A stretch of 64,000 nt of DNA from Carpediemonas membranifera BICM (Eukaryota; Protista; Fornicata), in assembly GCA_019828565.1 (NCBI GenBank), contig JAHDYR010000008.1, forward strand, positions 310,001 to 374,000, written 5' to 3'. The notes under the pieces are model-generated. The model did no database searches, was not told where the DNA came from, and saw only the letters and a list, made by a program, of their open reading frames with translations. This document shows positions 44,369 through 55,302 of the stretch, piece by piece; positions within the stretch are counted from its first letter, which is position 1; the number at the start of each line of letters is the position of its first letter. Position numbers and translations under genes: made by a program.

Positions 44369-47300
44369 TTACAGACCGGCTCGCTTGGCCTCTTCTGACT
44401 TCAGGAATATGTCTAGCGCCTCTAGGTCCTTGACTGACGAATAGTCTTGCCACGTAGCCTCTTCGTCTTCGCACCCAGCCCAATGGACGAGGTATTCCCG
44501 CTTGGACATCGGGCCTCGACCTCGAGATCGACTGATTCGCTCAACTTCCCACTCGTCGTCAGCCGTGGCTGCGAGTGCTTTGATCTGATCTTCTGTCAGC
44601 CTGCCGGGATTGAACTTCCGAACTCTCGATGCGTCTACCGTGATCGCTTTCGAGTTGTCCTTCTCAGCTAGGTCTAAAACCTTATACGCGACAACGAAAC
44701 CGTGTTGTTTCACTCCGGCGAGCCTTCGCATTGGCCCTCTCCATCCAGGTGACAACTTGTTCGGTGGTCTAGAGGGGTACTTGACTAGGACGAACCTGCT
44801 AATAATCTCATTCCTCGAGGCAGTAGCCTTTGCGAGGGCGTCCTCTCTCATCGCCTGGACTCGGCTGCTGGCGAGTTGGACAGCCGCTGCGGCCGCTTCC
44901 CTGTGAGACTCACTCGCGCTCGCTGTACTAGAATCAGTCACATACACGTTCTGTGGTATTCTCAGGTCGTACCCGAGAACTATCTCGGCTGGTGACAGGC
45001 GTGTAGACGTGCGCGGGGATGAATTAACGATGAACTGGGCGACAGGTAGATTCTCGATCCAGGTTGACCCTCTGAGCTGAAACTTACGCGCCTTGAGGAT
45101 GCGTAATACTTGCTGGTTGGCGCGCTCTACCATCCCATTGGATTGCGGGTGGTGAGCCGTGGTAATATGGATCTTGAACCCCATCTCATCTGCGATGCGC
45201 TTGAAGAGTTGGTTCTTGAACTCTGGTCCTCCGTCGGATTGGAGAACCTCAGGGCACCCGAAACGCAATATCCAGTTGTTGACCAGGGCGTCCGCTGCTG
45301 CCGCGCCGGTGGTACTCGAAGATGCGACTAGCTCAGTCCACCGACTGCACATGTCGATCATGACTGTGATGTAAGCCTTGCCGTCGACGGAGGGGAAAGG
45401 CCCCATCGTGTCAACTGCCACCCTACGGAACGGGCGATCTACGGCTGTGTGCAATCTGACGGGCTGTCAACCGGAGGGCGTCTAATCACCTGGCACACCG
45501 GGCAGTTTTCGATGACCTTGCTGACAGTCTCACGTGATACTGACTTGCCTTGGTCCTTGAGTCGTTCAGTAACTACACGTCGGGAGAGGTGGGCCCCGGC
45601 GGTGAGGTGTTCTGCTTCAACGTCATCTTCTGATGCGGACTGCATAACGTACACTCGCGATAAGCCGTCTGCCCCACCGTTATCAAGGCCAGCGACGTGC
45701 TTGACGTCGAAGTCCATGTCGGACATAGCCTCAGCCCATCTGCGGACCTTGGCGTTAGTCGACTTGTACATGTAAATCAGGTTGCGATGGTCCGTGAGAA
45801 GGGTGAACTTTCCCCAGGAGAGGTACTTGTTCCATCGCTTAATGGCGGCGACGATGGCGAATGCCTCCTTCTCTCCGACCGACCATCGCGATTGCACTTG
45901 GTCAAAGGCCTTGCTCATAAAGCACACGGGTTGGCCTTCCTGCAATAGCACAGCGCCGTAGCCAACTCCTGACGCGTCGGTCATGATGGTGTGTTCCTTG
46001 GACGCATCGAAGATGGCGAGTGCTTCTGCTTGGGCGAGGAGTGTCTTGACTTTGCGTAGGGCTTGCTCTTGCTCGTCGCCACCCAGCGGGATCTTGGAGG
46101 CCATCGCTTGAGTTAAGGGGTGTACTACTTCTGCGAAACCAGGGACATGATCCCGGAAATAGTTAAGAAATCCGACGAGCGCTTGCATTCCCTTGACCGA
46201 CTTAGGCATTTCGAGATCCAGGATGTCTTGAATGCGGTCCGCTGCGATGCGTTGACAGCCATGGGATATGACCCTGCCCAGGAACTCGACCTCGGCCCTC
46301 GAAAACTGGCACTTGTCACGGTTGAGTTGTAACTTGATCTGTCTAGTACGCTGCAGCACGCTCTCCAGGTTCTTGAGGTAATCCTCCTCGTTTTCCCCGA
46401 CGACAATGATATCGTCGATATAGATATAACAGGCGTGACCAACCAGTTCGGCGAAAGCCGACTCCATGGCACGCTGAAAGTGAGCTCCTGCGTTCCTTAG
46501 CCAGAAGGGCATCCTAGTGTATTGATATTGACCTAGAATGGTGGTGAACGCAGTGTACTTGCGGCAGCGTTTGGTCAGTTCGACCTGGTGATAACCCGAC
46601 GACAGGTCTAGTGTGGCGAAGATCTTCTTGTTGGGTAGTTGGGCGATCACCTCGTCGATCATTGGGATCGGGTAGTCGAAAGTGGGGGTGATCTCGTTGA
46701 TCTGCCGGAAATCCACGACGAAGCGCGACTTCCCGCCCTTCTTCGGCACCGTCATGGCCGGGGATGCGTACGGTGAGTTGCTTCTCTCGATAAACCCCTT
46801 CAAGGACAGCTCGTCGATGTGCTCCCGTATTATGTCGACCTTGGCTGGTGGGACGAAGTATGGTCTGGCGTTGACCACTCGGTCCTCGCGTAGGATGAGG
46901 TCATACGGCTCGAGGCGGCTGGGTTCGCTACGGTCCTCGAACACGTCGCTATAACGTCTGATTAGCTCGGCCTGCCGGTCGATGCTGGTCTGCGACAAAG
47001 AAAACAATAGTGCCTGATACTTGTACACGTCCGGAATCTCGATCTCGTCATCATCTTGCTCGTCTGTGTAGGCTTGGGGAAGGATTCCCAGTGCTACCAT
47101 GTCTGGATATCCGATAATCATGTCGAACTCAGTGTCAAGTAGCATCATACGTGGCTTGTAGGAGCACGCCTTGGGTGTAAACGCTGACGCTAGCAGTCTT
47201 ACGTCGCCTTCAACAGCGCCTTGCGCGTGAAGAATACCCTTGTTGGCGGTACGGATCGGAATAACCTCGGAGCTAACTTTTTGTCAGCTTGGACGCCCAC

Positions 47301-48319
47301 GTGCTCTTGATGATCGTGACTCCGGCACCTGAATCAAGTAGAGCAGTGAGGTTGTGACCATTAATCTGGACTTTGATCAAGGGAACAGATGGCTTAGTCT
47401 CGGTCTCGCCCTTAGTCTTTGACGGTTCGCCCTCGGCCGGTGACTCCTTGGAACTTAAAACACACACGCACTTGGAGGATTTACAGTAATCCTCCAGGTG
47501 GCCGACACGACCACACTTCTTACATGTGTGCTTGGGCTTCTTACACTTGAACACCGAGTGACCCTTGCCACCGCAGTTATAGCAGGTGTAGTTAGAGTAG
47601 TCCTTTGCCGGCTTCTCCTTCTTGATTGCCTTGTGGCCCTTGTTGGTTTCAGCCGACCGGTTATCGGACGAGGGCTTCTTCGGGATCACAGACGAGTCGT
47701 GTCTGCGGTCATGGCGGGACGTGTAGGGTTGACGAGAGGGAGCGTCTTCGAAAGCGCTTAGTAGATCCCGTGACTCTTGGACTTCACGTGCTAGGGCTAG
47801 GACGGCGGGCATAGCCTTTTCCAGAGGCTGGTCCTCGATGAGCTCTTGGATGCGGTACATGGCCTTGGGGTTGCTCTTAAAGGCACGCGTATACGCCTCC
47901 TTGAGGTTGTCCTCGTTGAGGGACTTCCCATCGAACAGGGACAAGAGGAGAGTGAACTTCCGATTGACGCGTGCGACCTGTACCGTGTCGAAGCTGTTGG
48001 CTCTTAGACGGAACAGCTGGAGGCGTGAGGTCTTGGTTCTGGGTTGCAGGGCTTGTCCGAGCCGCTTGAGAGTTCTCTGATCCTTCAGATCGCGGATGTT
48101 CTTCCTTGAGGCTACTAGGGGAGTGTGATCGTCGTCTTCGTCCTGCGTAGTGGATAGGATCGTGGCAATGAGGTCTTGTACCGAGCTATCAATCAAGTCT
48201 GAGATATCCCGATGGCCTCCGTAAGCGCGATAGTCGCGGAAGGCCTCGGCGAAAGTGATGAGAGCCTCAACTGACGGAACCGTTAGTAGAGGAGGTATAA
48301 GGCGTTTCTTATCGTTCAT
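44369..48319 (-). CDS. Gypsy gag-pol: two CCHC knuckles, protease, RT, RNase H, integrase, chromodomain (two frameshifts)
   Basis: CYNCGGKGH..KC, LLDSGA, LDLSSGYHQ, YIDD, TDASGVG, VDTMGP/SDGGPEF/GMVERAN, WEVERI...YLVHWAG...ATW; shifts near 47280 and 45460. Confidence 0.95.
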
Positions 48320-48337
48320 GGCTTGAATTTCTAGAAA

Positions 48338-48458
48338 TGTAGTCCGTTAGGGACAAGAAAGCTTTACAGGGAAAAGAGACGACACCAAATGTGTCGACAG
48401 AAACCTGAAGACGATGTAAATAATACAACTATGTAAATATTGGGTAAGACCCACGACA
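48338..48458 (-). repeat. 5' LTR
   Basis: Identical to 42315-42435. Confidence 0.97.
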
Positions 48459-49237
48459 GCAATGCCCTCCTTCTGTTCGCGAGAACTAAGACTGCCACAG
48501 GCGTCCGCAAGCTGGTACCAAACCAATCGTGGGCCCGCTTTAACCCAGCAAGGGCCCTGAAGGCATGGGTCCCCACGGCAACGCGCCGCGACGACGACCT
48601 CATCTGGCGGGCGATCACCTCAACCGGTGGTATTTCACTATCGAAGCCGCTACCGGCGTCAACCCTCCGCCACTGGATCCACCAGGCGTACGGCACCGAC
48701 ATTTCGTGGCACTCATTCCGCAAGGGCGCCACCACGGAGTTGGCGGTAGCCCACACGAGTACCGAAGTCCTCCTGTCCATGGGGACGTGGGCCTCCACGA
48801 AAAGCATGCTGAGATATATGGGCAACGGGGTCCGCACACACCCGGGGGTCCAGGGACACCTGGCCTCCATCCTTCTCCAACCACCACTTTAAATCTCTGA
48901 CGGGAGCTAGTGGCTGGGAGAGCTAGGTAGGGTGGGGCTGACACGCGTTACAACGGCAGATGTAAGCCACAACAGACATTCTTTGACGCGGTCTCTCGAG
49001 GAGACGGTCGGTTTGGGCTCGCAAGCGTGCCTGCAAGCCATTCCACTATGCTCGTTGCCGGTGGGATATCCCCGTTGGGTAGAGCAAGTATGTCTAGAGG
49101 CTAGGACAGCTAGCTGGCGTTACATCGCGCTGACAGGTTACCTCGGGTAACGGGCCGTGAGCGGAGGGCAATGAGATCGCCTCGCTCCGGCATGGTGATG
49201 CGCCGACCAGGCGAGCCGCGCAGTTTATGCGGGCAGA

Positions 49238-49765
49238 ATGGTAGAAAATTCGGAACATCCAGATCCGACGGCAACGAGGCTCAATAACCTAGAAGCCTCA
49301 ATCGCTACCATCTCGCAACAGCTTGCAAAGCTTAATCCGCCTCCTCCGCCGCCCGAGACCGAGCCGCCGAAGGAATCTCAAATTGATTTCTTCCCTGAAC
49401 AAGATGAAGCGGATATTGACCAAACACTGGCAGAGATGGATGCATACGGCGAGCTTCCGACAAAGAGACCACTTAAGGCGGAAGCAAAGTGGCTTCGCCG
49501 CGTGATGGTGATCGTCAACGCCCTCGACGACGAGCCGCTCAAAGCAAGACTCCTGGTGGAACTCCAAGCACGCCGTACCCTTCTGGACCTCAAGGACGAC
49601 AACTGGTCGGACGCAACCTGCGAACTGTTTCTCGACTTGTTCAACACGTCCCAGACCAAAACCCCCCGTGCCATCTCCTACTGCGCAGCCAAAGCCAGAG
49701 CCAAGGGTAAGAGAAAGGACCAGCCCCAGAACAAAGGGGGGTTTCACAAGAAGCACAAGAAGTAG
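49238..49765 (+). CDS. DIRS ORF1 (gag-like)
   Basis: Position in the element, N-terminal coiled coil, basic C-terminus. Confidence 0.75.
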   Translation: MVENSEHPDPTATRLNNLEASIATISQQLAKLNPPPPPPETEPPKESQIDFFPEQDEADIDQTLAEMDAYGELPTKRPLKAEAKWLRRVMVIVNALDDEPLKARLLVELQARRTLLDLKDDNWSDATCELFLDLFNTSQTKTPRAISYCAAKARAKGKRKDQPQNKGGFHKKHKK

Positions 49766-49794
49766 CCCTTGCCACAGATGTTCAGTTCCCGTCA

Positions 49795-51812
49795 ATGAAC
49801 AAAAAGTGGCCGGTGTGGGCAAGACTCGGTGCCTCCCCCGAGGTAGTAAGCTGGCTGCGGGATGGCGTCCCTATCCACCTCACCTCTGCGCCCCCTCCAC
49901 CAGAACCGCAAAGGCGAGTGGACCCCCGCCTACTCCCGAAGATCGAAGAGCTAGTCGCCAAGGGCGTCCTCTCCCCGTGCCCGATAGACGAACTGCGTCA
50001 CAGCGCACCCCTGTTCGCGGTGTCGAAGGGCAAAGACGATGTCCGCCCCGTGCACGACCTCCGAGCCCTGAACGAGTTGACAGCAGAGCTGAGGGTGTTT
50101 CGTCTGTTCGGCATCAGACGGGCGGTCCGCAATCTGCACAAGAACGACTACATGATCAAGATAGACCTAGCATCGGGATACCACCAACTTGGCGTCGCCT
50201 CGCGAGACTCCCCCCTCCTAGGCGTGGTCCTACCGGACGGCCGCGCATTCAGGTACAACACACTCGGCTTCGGATGGACAGCGGCGCCGTACGTGTTCCA
50301 GAGCACGACCATACAGCTTGCAAAGATCATCGCACACAGGTTCGGGGTGACCATCGCGGTCTATCTCGACGACTTCTTAGTGTCCCATGCCTCCCCATCG
50401 TACCTAGCTTCGGTCACCCCGCAGATCATCGACCTCATGCTATCGCTGGGGGCGATACCGGGCCTCAACAAGTGCGTCCTCACGCCGACCCAGCAGGTAG
50501 ACTACCTAGGTGTCCACATAGACACCGCAAGCGAGTCCCTAAGAATCTCAAAAGACAAGGCCGAGGCCTACACGGCCACGATCTCCAAGGCCCTCCGGGT
50601 CGGGTCCATCACAGCTTCAGACTGGCAGAAGCTCCTAGGCCGTCTGTCATTCTTCGCAGGGACCACACAGTTCGCCCGCCTCGCACTCAGACCACTGCAG
50701 GCCACCCCTACGACGGAGACCGTCCACCTCTCCAGCCAAATCCGCAGGCAGCTGGCGGCGTGGCAAGTCCTCCTCCGCGATCGCCCACCCAAGAGGTTCG
50801 CCGAAGCAAGAGCGGACTGGGAAATACGCGATACGCTCCAGATTTCTGTCACCTCAGACGCATCAACGTCCGGCTGGGGAGCATGCCTGTTCAATGGGGA
50901 GAAGGGAGCGGCATCACAGGGTGCCTTCCCCCTCATCTCAAGGGGGAACACATTGGCGTCAAGGAGCTCTTCGCGATCGCTCAGGCGATCAATCTCGTGC
51001 CCCAGCAGGAGTCACGCTCCTCTCTCACAGTCTTTGCCGACAACTCAGCTGCCATCAGCTGGGTAAACAGACGGGGATCGCCGAACCTCCCCCCAGCCGC
51101 ACACCAGATCCTACAGGACATCTACAACACGGCAGAAACCAAGCGCCTCGACGTCCACTGCTTCCATATTGCCGGACACCTGAATGTCCAGGCGGACAGG
51201 CTCTCCAGGTTCGCCAAGCTCGACTGGTCGTCACCCCGAGAAGTCTTGGAAACCATCATGCGCAAGTGGGGGCCGGTCGAGATCGACGTCACAGCACGCC
51301 CCGACAAGGTTCTGGCCTTACCAGGCTTTGCAGAAATAGCCTGGTCAATCCACGACAACGGCTTCCAGATGGACTGGAGGGGAGTCAGGATTTATATAGC
51401 TCCTCCTATAGCCCTTCTTGGAGTGACGTGTCGTCGCCTCCAGACAATACGCGCCTCGACCCAGACTGGGAACCCTCGACACTGGAGATCAGCGGCGATA
51501 GTCCTGTGCCCGGACCTCAACTCGCCCGAGGTCCGAGCCATCAAACGTTTGACACCCCTCAAGTTGTACCTCAGAGTCCAGGCGAAACACCTCCTGCAGT
51601 CCGAGCTAGCCTGGACAGCGACAGACAAGGGCAAGATCCGCTTCGTGGCGCTTATCCTGAAAACCCGTTCCAAGCCCTCCTCGCTGACGACCGACTATCA
51701 CATTTCAGAAACGAATCGTCGCGCCGCACAGCAGCGGGCTGGGTCGCCAAATTCCTCCAATCCCGCAACGCGAGCCACTCACACGCGCAACAGCTCAAAG
51801 AGTTCCTTCTGA
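49795..51812 (+). CDS. DIRS copy 2 RT-RNaseH-methyltransferase-like ORF (one frameshift near 50930)
   Basis: Same motifs as copy 1; C5 here versus C6 in copy 1. Confidence 0.92.
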
Positions 51813-52570
51813 CCGAGGGTACCACGTCGGGCCCACAGTCGATACACAGGAAAGGCTACTGGATTTGCGAGGCCGCCCCACTCGTGTCTGACTGGCGCCC
51901 CCCGATCGCTGCCAAGCAGATAATCGCCGCCGCCCGGAACGTCGCCTCTGTAGAAGGCCTGACCGGGGGTGCGAAGCCTGTCACGTCCGCGAGAGTCCGC
52001 AGGGTCATAGACAGACGTCGGAAGTCACCCCAAGCCTTCCAGGCCGCCCTCTTTTCTGCTCTCTGCTTTATCACCGTGAGTAGAGGCGCAGAGATCTTTG
52101 GGCTCAGACGAAGAGACGTCGAGTTCGACGCTGATGGCAATGCCCTCCTTCTGTTCGCGAGAACTAAGACTGCCACAGGCGTCCGCAAGCTGGTACCAAA
52201 CCAATCGTGGGCCCGCTTTAACCCAGCAAGGGCCCTGAAGGCATGGGTCCCCACGGCAACGCGCCGCGACGACGACCTCATCTGGCGGGCGATCACCTCA
52301 ACCGGTGGTATTTCACTATCGAAGCCGCTACCGGCGTCAACCCTCCGCCACTGGATCCACCAGGCGTACGGCACCGACATTTCGTGGCACTCATTCCGCA
52401 AGGGCGCCACCACGGAGTTGGCGGTAGCCCACACGAGTACCGAAGTCCTCCTGTCCATGGGGACGTGGGCCTCCACGAAAAGCATGCTGAGATATATGGG
52501 CAACGGGGTCCGCACACACCCGGGGGTCCAGGGACACCTGGCCTCCATCCTTCTCCAACCACCACTTTAA
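51266..52570 (+). CDS. DIRS tyrosine recombinase (overlaps pol in another frame; start uncertain)
   Basis: R-K-HxxR-W-Y catalytic set: SRGAE, TKT, HSFR, GTW, MLRY. Confidence 0.92.
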   Translation: MGAGRDRRHSTPRQGSGLTRLCRNSLVNPRQRLPDGLEGSQDLYSSSYSPSWSDVSSPPDNTRLDPDWEPSTLEISGDSPVPGPQLARGPSHQTFDTPQVVPQSPGETPPAVRASLDSDRQGQDPLRGAYPENPFQALLADDRLSHFRNESSRRTAAGWVAKFLQSRNASHSHAQQLKEFLLTEGTTSGPQSIHRKGYWICEAAPLVSDWRPPIAAKQIIAAARNVASVEGLTGGAKPVTSARVRRVIDRRRKSPQAFQAALFSALCFITVSRGAEIFGLRRRDVEFDADGNALLLFARTKTATGVRKLVPNQSWARFNPARALKAWVPTATRRDDDLIWRAITSTGGISLSKPLPASTLRHWIHQAYGTDISWHSFRKGATTELAVAHTSTEVLLSMGTWASTKSMLRYMGNGVRTHPGVQGHLASILLQPPL

Positions 52571-53050
52571 ATCTCTGACGGGAGCTAGTGGCTGGGAGAG
52601 CTAGGTAGGGTGGGGCTGACACGCGTTACAACGGCAGATGTAAGCCACAACAGACATTCTTTGACGCGGTCTCTCGAGGAGACGGTCGGTTTGGGCTCGC
52701 AAGCGTGCCTGCAAGCCATTCCACTATGCTCGTTGCCGGTGGGATATCCCCGTTGGGTAGAGCAAGTATGTCTAGAGGCTAGGACAGCTAGCTGGCGTTA
52801 CATCGCGCTGACAGGTTACCTCGGGTAACGGGCCGTGAGCGGAGGGCAATGAGATCGCCTCGCTCCGGCATGGTGATGCGCCGACCAGGCGAGCCGCGCA
52901 GTTTATGCGGGCAGAATGGTAGAAAATTCGGAACATCCAGATCCGACGGCACGATACTGGTCAAGACCGGTATATCCGCCCAGTAGGTAAGCTGGCCGGA
53001 GTCCCCTGATCGTTTACACTAGCTCTCTTCTTTAATAAACGATCGCCCCC

Positions 53051-53095
53051 CCCCGTTGGGTAGAGCAAGTATGTCTAGAGGCTAGGACAGCTAGC
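53051..53095 (+). repeat. Terminal split direct repeat B ending in a hairpin
   Basis: ccccgttgggtagagcaagtatgtctagaggctaggacagctagc; preceded by AATAAA near 53034. Confidence 0.93.
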
Positions 53096-53138
53096 CTGGC
53101 GAATGCCGTTGGCATCTAAGTGCGTCACAGGGCAAAAC

Positions 53139-53211
53139 TGGTCCACGTGGGGCTCGAACCCACGACCTTTGGCTTATCAGACCAACGATCTACCGACTGA
53201 TCTAGCAGACC
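53139..53211 (-). tRNA. tRNA-Ile(GAT)
   Basis: Full cloverleaf: acceptor GGTCTGC/GTGGACC, D stem GATC/GATC, anticodon arm TTGGT-CTGATAA-GCCAA, T arm GTGGG-TTCGAGC-CCCAC, discriminator A, then a TTTT terminator. Confidence 0.95.
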
Positions 53212-53635
53212 TATATACACCCGATTTTTCGATCTATACATAACTGTTATCAGCTCGACTAAATCCCGTCTGACTTGGCAGACGCCTCGGCTGTCTAGCC
53301 AAACCTAACGGAGTGAATTTACGGGTCAGCCTCCAGGTCTCGCGCGTGAATTCGGCTGTCGGGAGACTCGCCCGACGCCTAGTGCTCGCCCCAGGAGCTA
53401 AGCGGTGGCCGCCGTCTTGTCGGCCATTTCTCTCCAGCATGTGCCAAATCAATTCATCAATTGATTGGGCGGGACTACAGTGCCCTCCGCCCGTTCCCAT
53501 CATAGGCCAGGCCGTTCCTGGCGTGCGGTGCCCATCACCGCGGAGCCGCAGACCTACGTACGAACACGTTTCCAAGTGCAATGATTATGTCTCCAATCGA
53601 ATGCACAACAAGGCAAATAACCTCAGCCCATTCCT

Positions 53636-54694
53636 TTATTGCTTCACCGAGACGAATCTGACCTTGGACAATCCGTCAACATTACCAGTAACCCGCCCAT
53701 CCGAATGGATGAACGCCGGCCCACCTTCCCCGTCGAGAATTCCAGCGAACCCCTGCCCACACACCTCCCAGCAGCTGTGGGAGTCCTCGGTGGTTGTTCG
53801 GACACGCCACACCCCCTTGCTATCGATAGCGAAAAGGCGATCGTGTCCAATGCCAATTTTCCTTATGTCTGGAGCAAGCTTCATAGGGGATGGTCGCCGC
53901 ACCAGGTCATCGCCCAGGCCGAGCAGGCCGTAGTCAAGCCCGCAGCACATTATGGCTTCAGGGCATATAAATATTGTCCGCAGACCATCTGAGACGATAT
54001 TTGTGACCTTGAATGGCAGTTGGGTGAAGTCCCTGACCATCTCTGCCTCATCTCCCACACCGAGCTGACAGAGATGGTTGTCCCCACCAGCGAAGGCCAC
54101 ACCGCTTTCACACAGCACATAGGTCGTCCATGACGTGGCTAGCACGTCGACTATCGGGGGGAACTTGTCGGAACCAACCGGGCCGACGTCGATCGTGCCC
54201 GTTCTATCCCCAGGACCGACCAGATGCCGGGGCCCGCAGATGAGTAACCTGCCCTCTGTCTCGATCATGGTGCAGAATGGGCCAGTCCACACGGCAGCCG
54301 CGCCGCCCAGGCGGATCCACCCGCAGTCCCCCACCTTGGGGTCGAGCGACTGCCGCGTGACAGAGGAGGTGACAAAGATCGCCCAGTATGTCCAGGCGAT
54401 AATGGCGTCATGTTCAATCTTCACTCCGACGACGTCCTCGAGGCCCAGCCCGCGGGGCTTTCTCCAGCAACCACTCGGCCCGACAAGCTTGTGGCCGGTC
54501 CCATGCCCCCAGCCAACCAGGCCCCGCACCGTGCTCGCCACTGTTGTCCCATGGGCGCACCACACAGCCCAGACGGGCGGGACCCTTATCCACACGAGCG
54601 AGGGGATCCACGCCGCCCTGGCAGCGAGTTGGCCACTAGTGTTGTTCCCTCTGCCGAAAAGCCTGCCGTGATAGTGGTGAATCGTTGTACCCAT
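53636..54694 (-). CDS. RCC1/BLIP-II-like repeat protein
   Basis: GRLFGRGNNTSGQL, AFAGGDNHLCQLGVG; likely ATG at 54694. Confidence 0.8.
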   Translation of the reverse strand: MGTTIHHYHGRLFGRGNNTSGQLAARAAWIPSLVWIRVPPVWAVWCAHGTTVASTVRGLVGWGHGTGHKLVGPSGCWRKPRGLGLEDVVGVKIEHDAIIAWTYWAIFVTSSVTRQSLDPKVGDCGWIRLGGAAAVWTGPFCTMIETEGRLLICGPRHLVGPGDRTGTIDVGPVGSDKFPPIVDVLATSWTTYVLCESGVAFAGGDNHLCQLGVGDEAEMVRDFTQLPFKVTNIVSDGLRTIFICPEAIMCCGLDYGLLGLGDDLVRRPSPMKLAPDIRKIGIGHDRLFAIDSKGVWRVRTTTEDSHSCWEVCGQGFAGILDGEGGPAFIHSDGRVTGNVDGLSKVRFVSVKQ

Positions 54695-55302
54695 GTCTGT
54701 GATACTGCGGCGTGCTCGGCAGAACTCGTGGTGGACAAAGAGGAACTTCCTGCAGATGAAGCGGGCATCGGAGACGCCGCTGTGGATGAGGATGGCGACT
54801 ATGGTGCATGGCATAAGCGTGTATATCTCATCTGGTAACTGTTCGCCAATATTTAGCGGGATATTGATTGTCACCCGCCTTTGGGAAGCTTGTTTCTCAG
54901 TATCCGGGGTTTGCAGCAGAATTTCCTCATTCACCTTCCCAATCTCAGGTCTATGAGCACTTGTTTGCATATTGCTGCAGTGCATTGCTTTCATCTCACG
55001 TTCACTTTCATGACACCATCGAAGTTCGCATTGTTTCTTGGTACGTGGGAGCGATCAATAACATAACCCTATGTATCATCTGACCTCATCCGTTGCACAG
55101 CTGTAAGTCACCCAGCACGAATGAGAGGCTTGTCCAGCAGGGAATCGGTGTCGGCCTTCGTCGGCACATCACGCCCCTGAAACAACTCAGGCTCCTGTAT
55201 AGGGTGTCTGGGCATGTTGCACGCGCTTCACTTCCTCGACCTCAGCGGATGTGACTTGGTTTGGAGTCGAGCTTCTCCAGACATCCAGTATGACATGCCA
55301 AG

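Larger units (their letters stand above)
42315..48458 (-). mobile_element. Ty3/Gypsy chromodomain LTR retrotransposon, 6.1 kb
   Basis: Identical 121-bp TG...CA LTRs (42315-42435, 48338-48458); TSD gcaa (42311-42314 / 48459-48462); PPT-like ggaggggcgg next to the 3' LTR; PR-RT-RH-IN domain order. Confidence 0.97.
41440..48892 (+). pseudogene. DIRS copy 1 tyrosine recombinase, disrupted by the Gypsy insertion
   Basis: VSRGAEI lies left of the insertion; HSFRKG and MLRY lie right of it; 4-bp TSD gcaa. Confidence 0.9.
32275..49273 (+). mobile_element. DIRS/PAT-like tyrosine-recombinase retrotransposon, copy 1 (interrupted by a LINE and a Gypsy element)
   Basis: Repeat A (32275-32449); gag-like ORF split at 32729/39715; RT-RNaseH-MT 39969-41986; YR split at 42314/48463; B-A junction 49070-49273. 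Confidence 0.93.
49099..53095 (+). mobile_element. DIRS/PAT-like retrotransposon, copy 2 (uninterrupted, about 4.0 kb), A-ORFs-B-A-unique-B
   Basis: Near-identical to copy 1; 45-bp repeat B at 49070-49114, 52748-52792 and 53051-53095. Confidence 0.95.

Noticed and set aside
47270-47290. Programmed gag-pol frameshift in the Gypsy element
   Set aside because: The shift falls in the middle of the protease at an A-run, like the other homopolymer indels; an error or mutation is more likely
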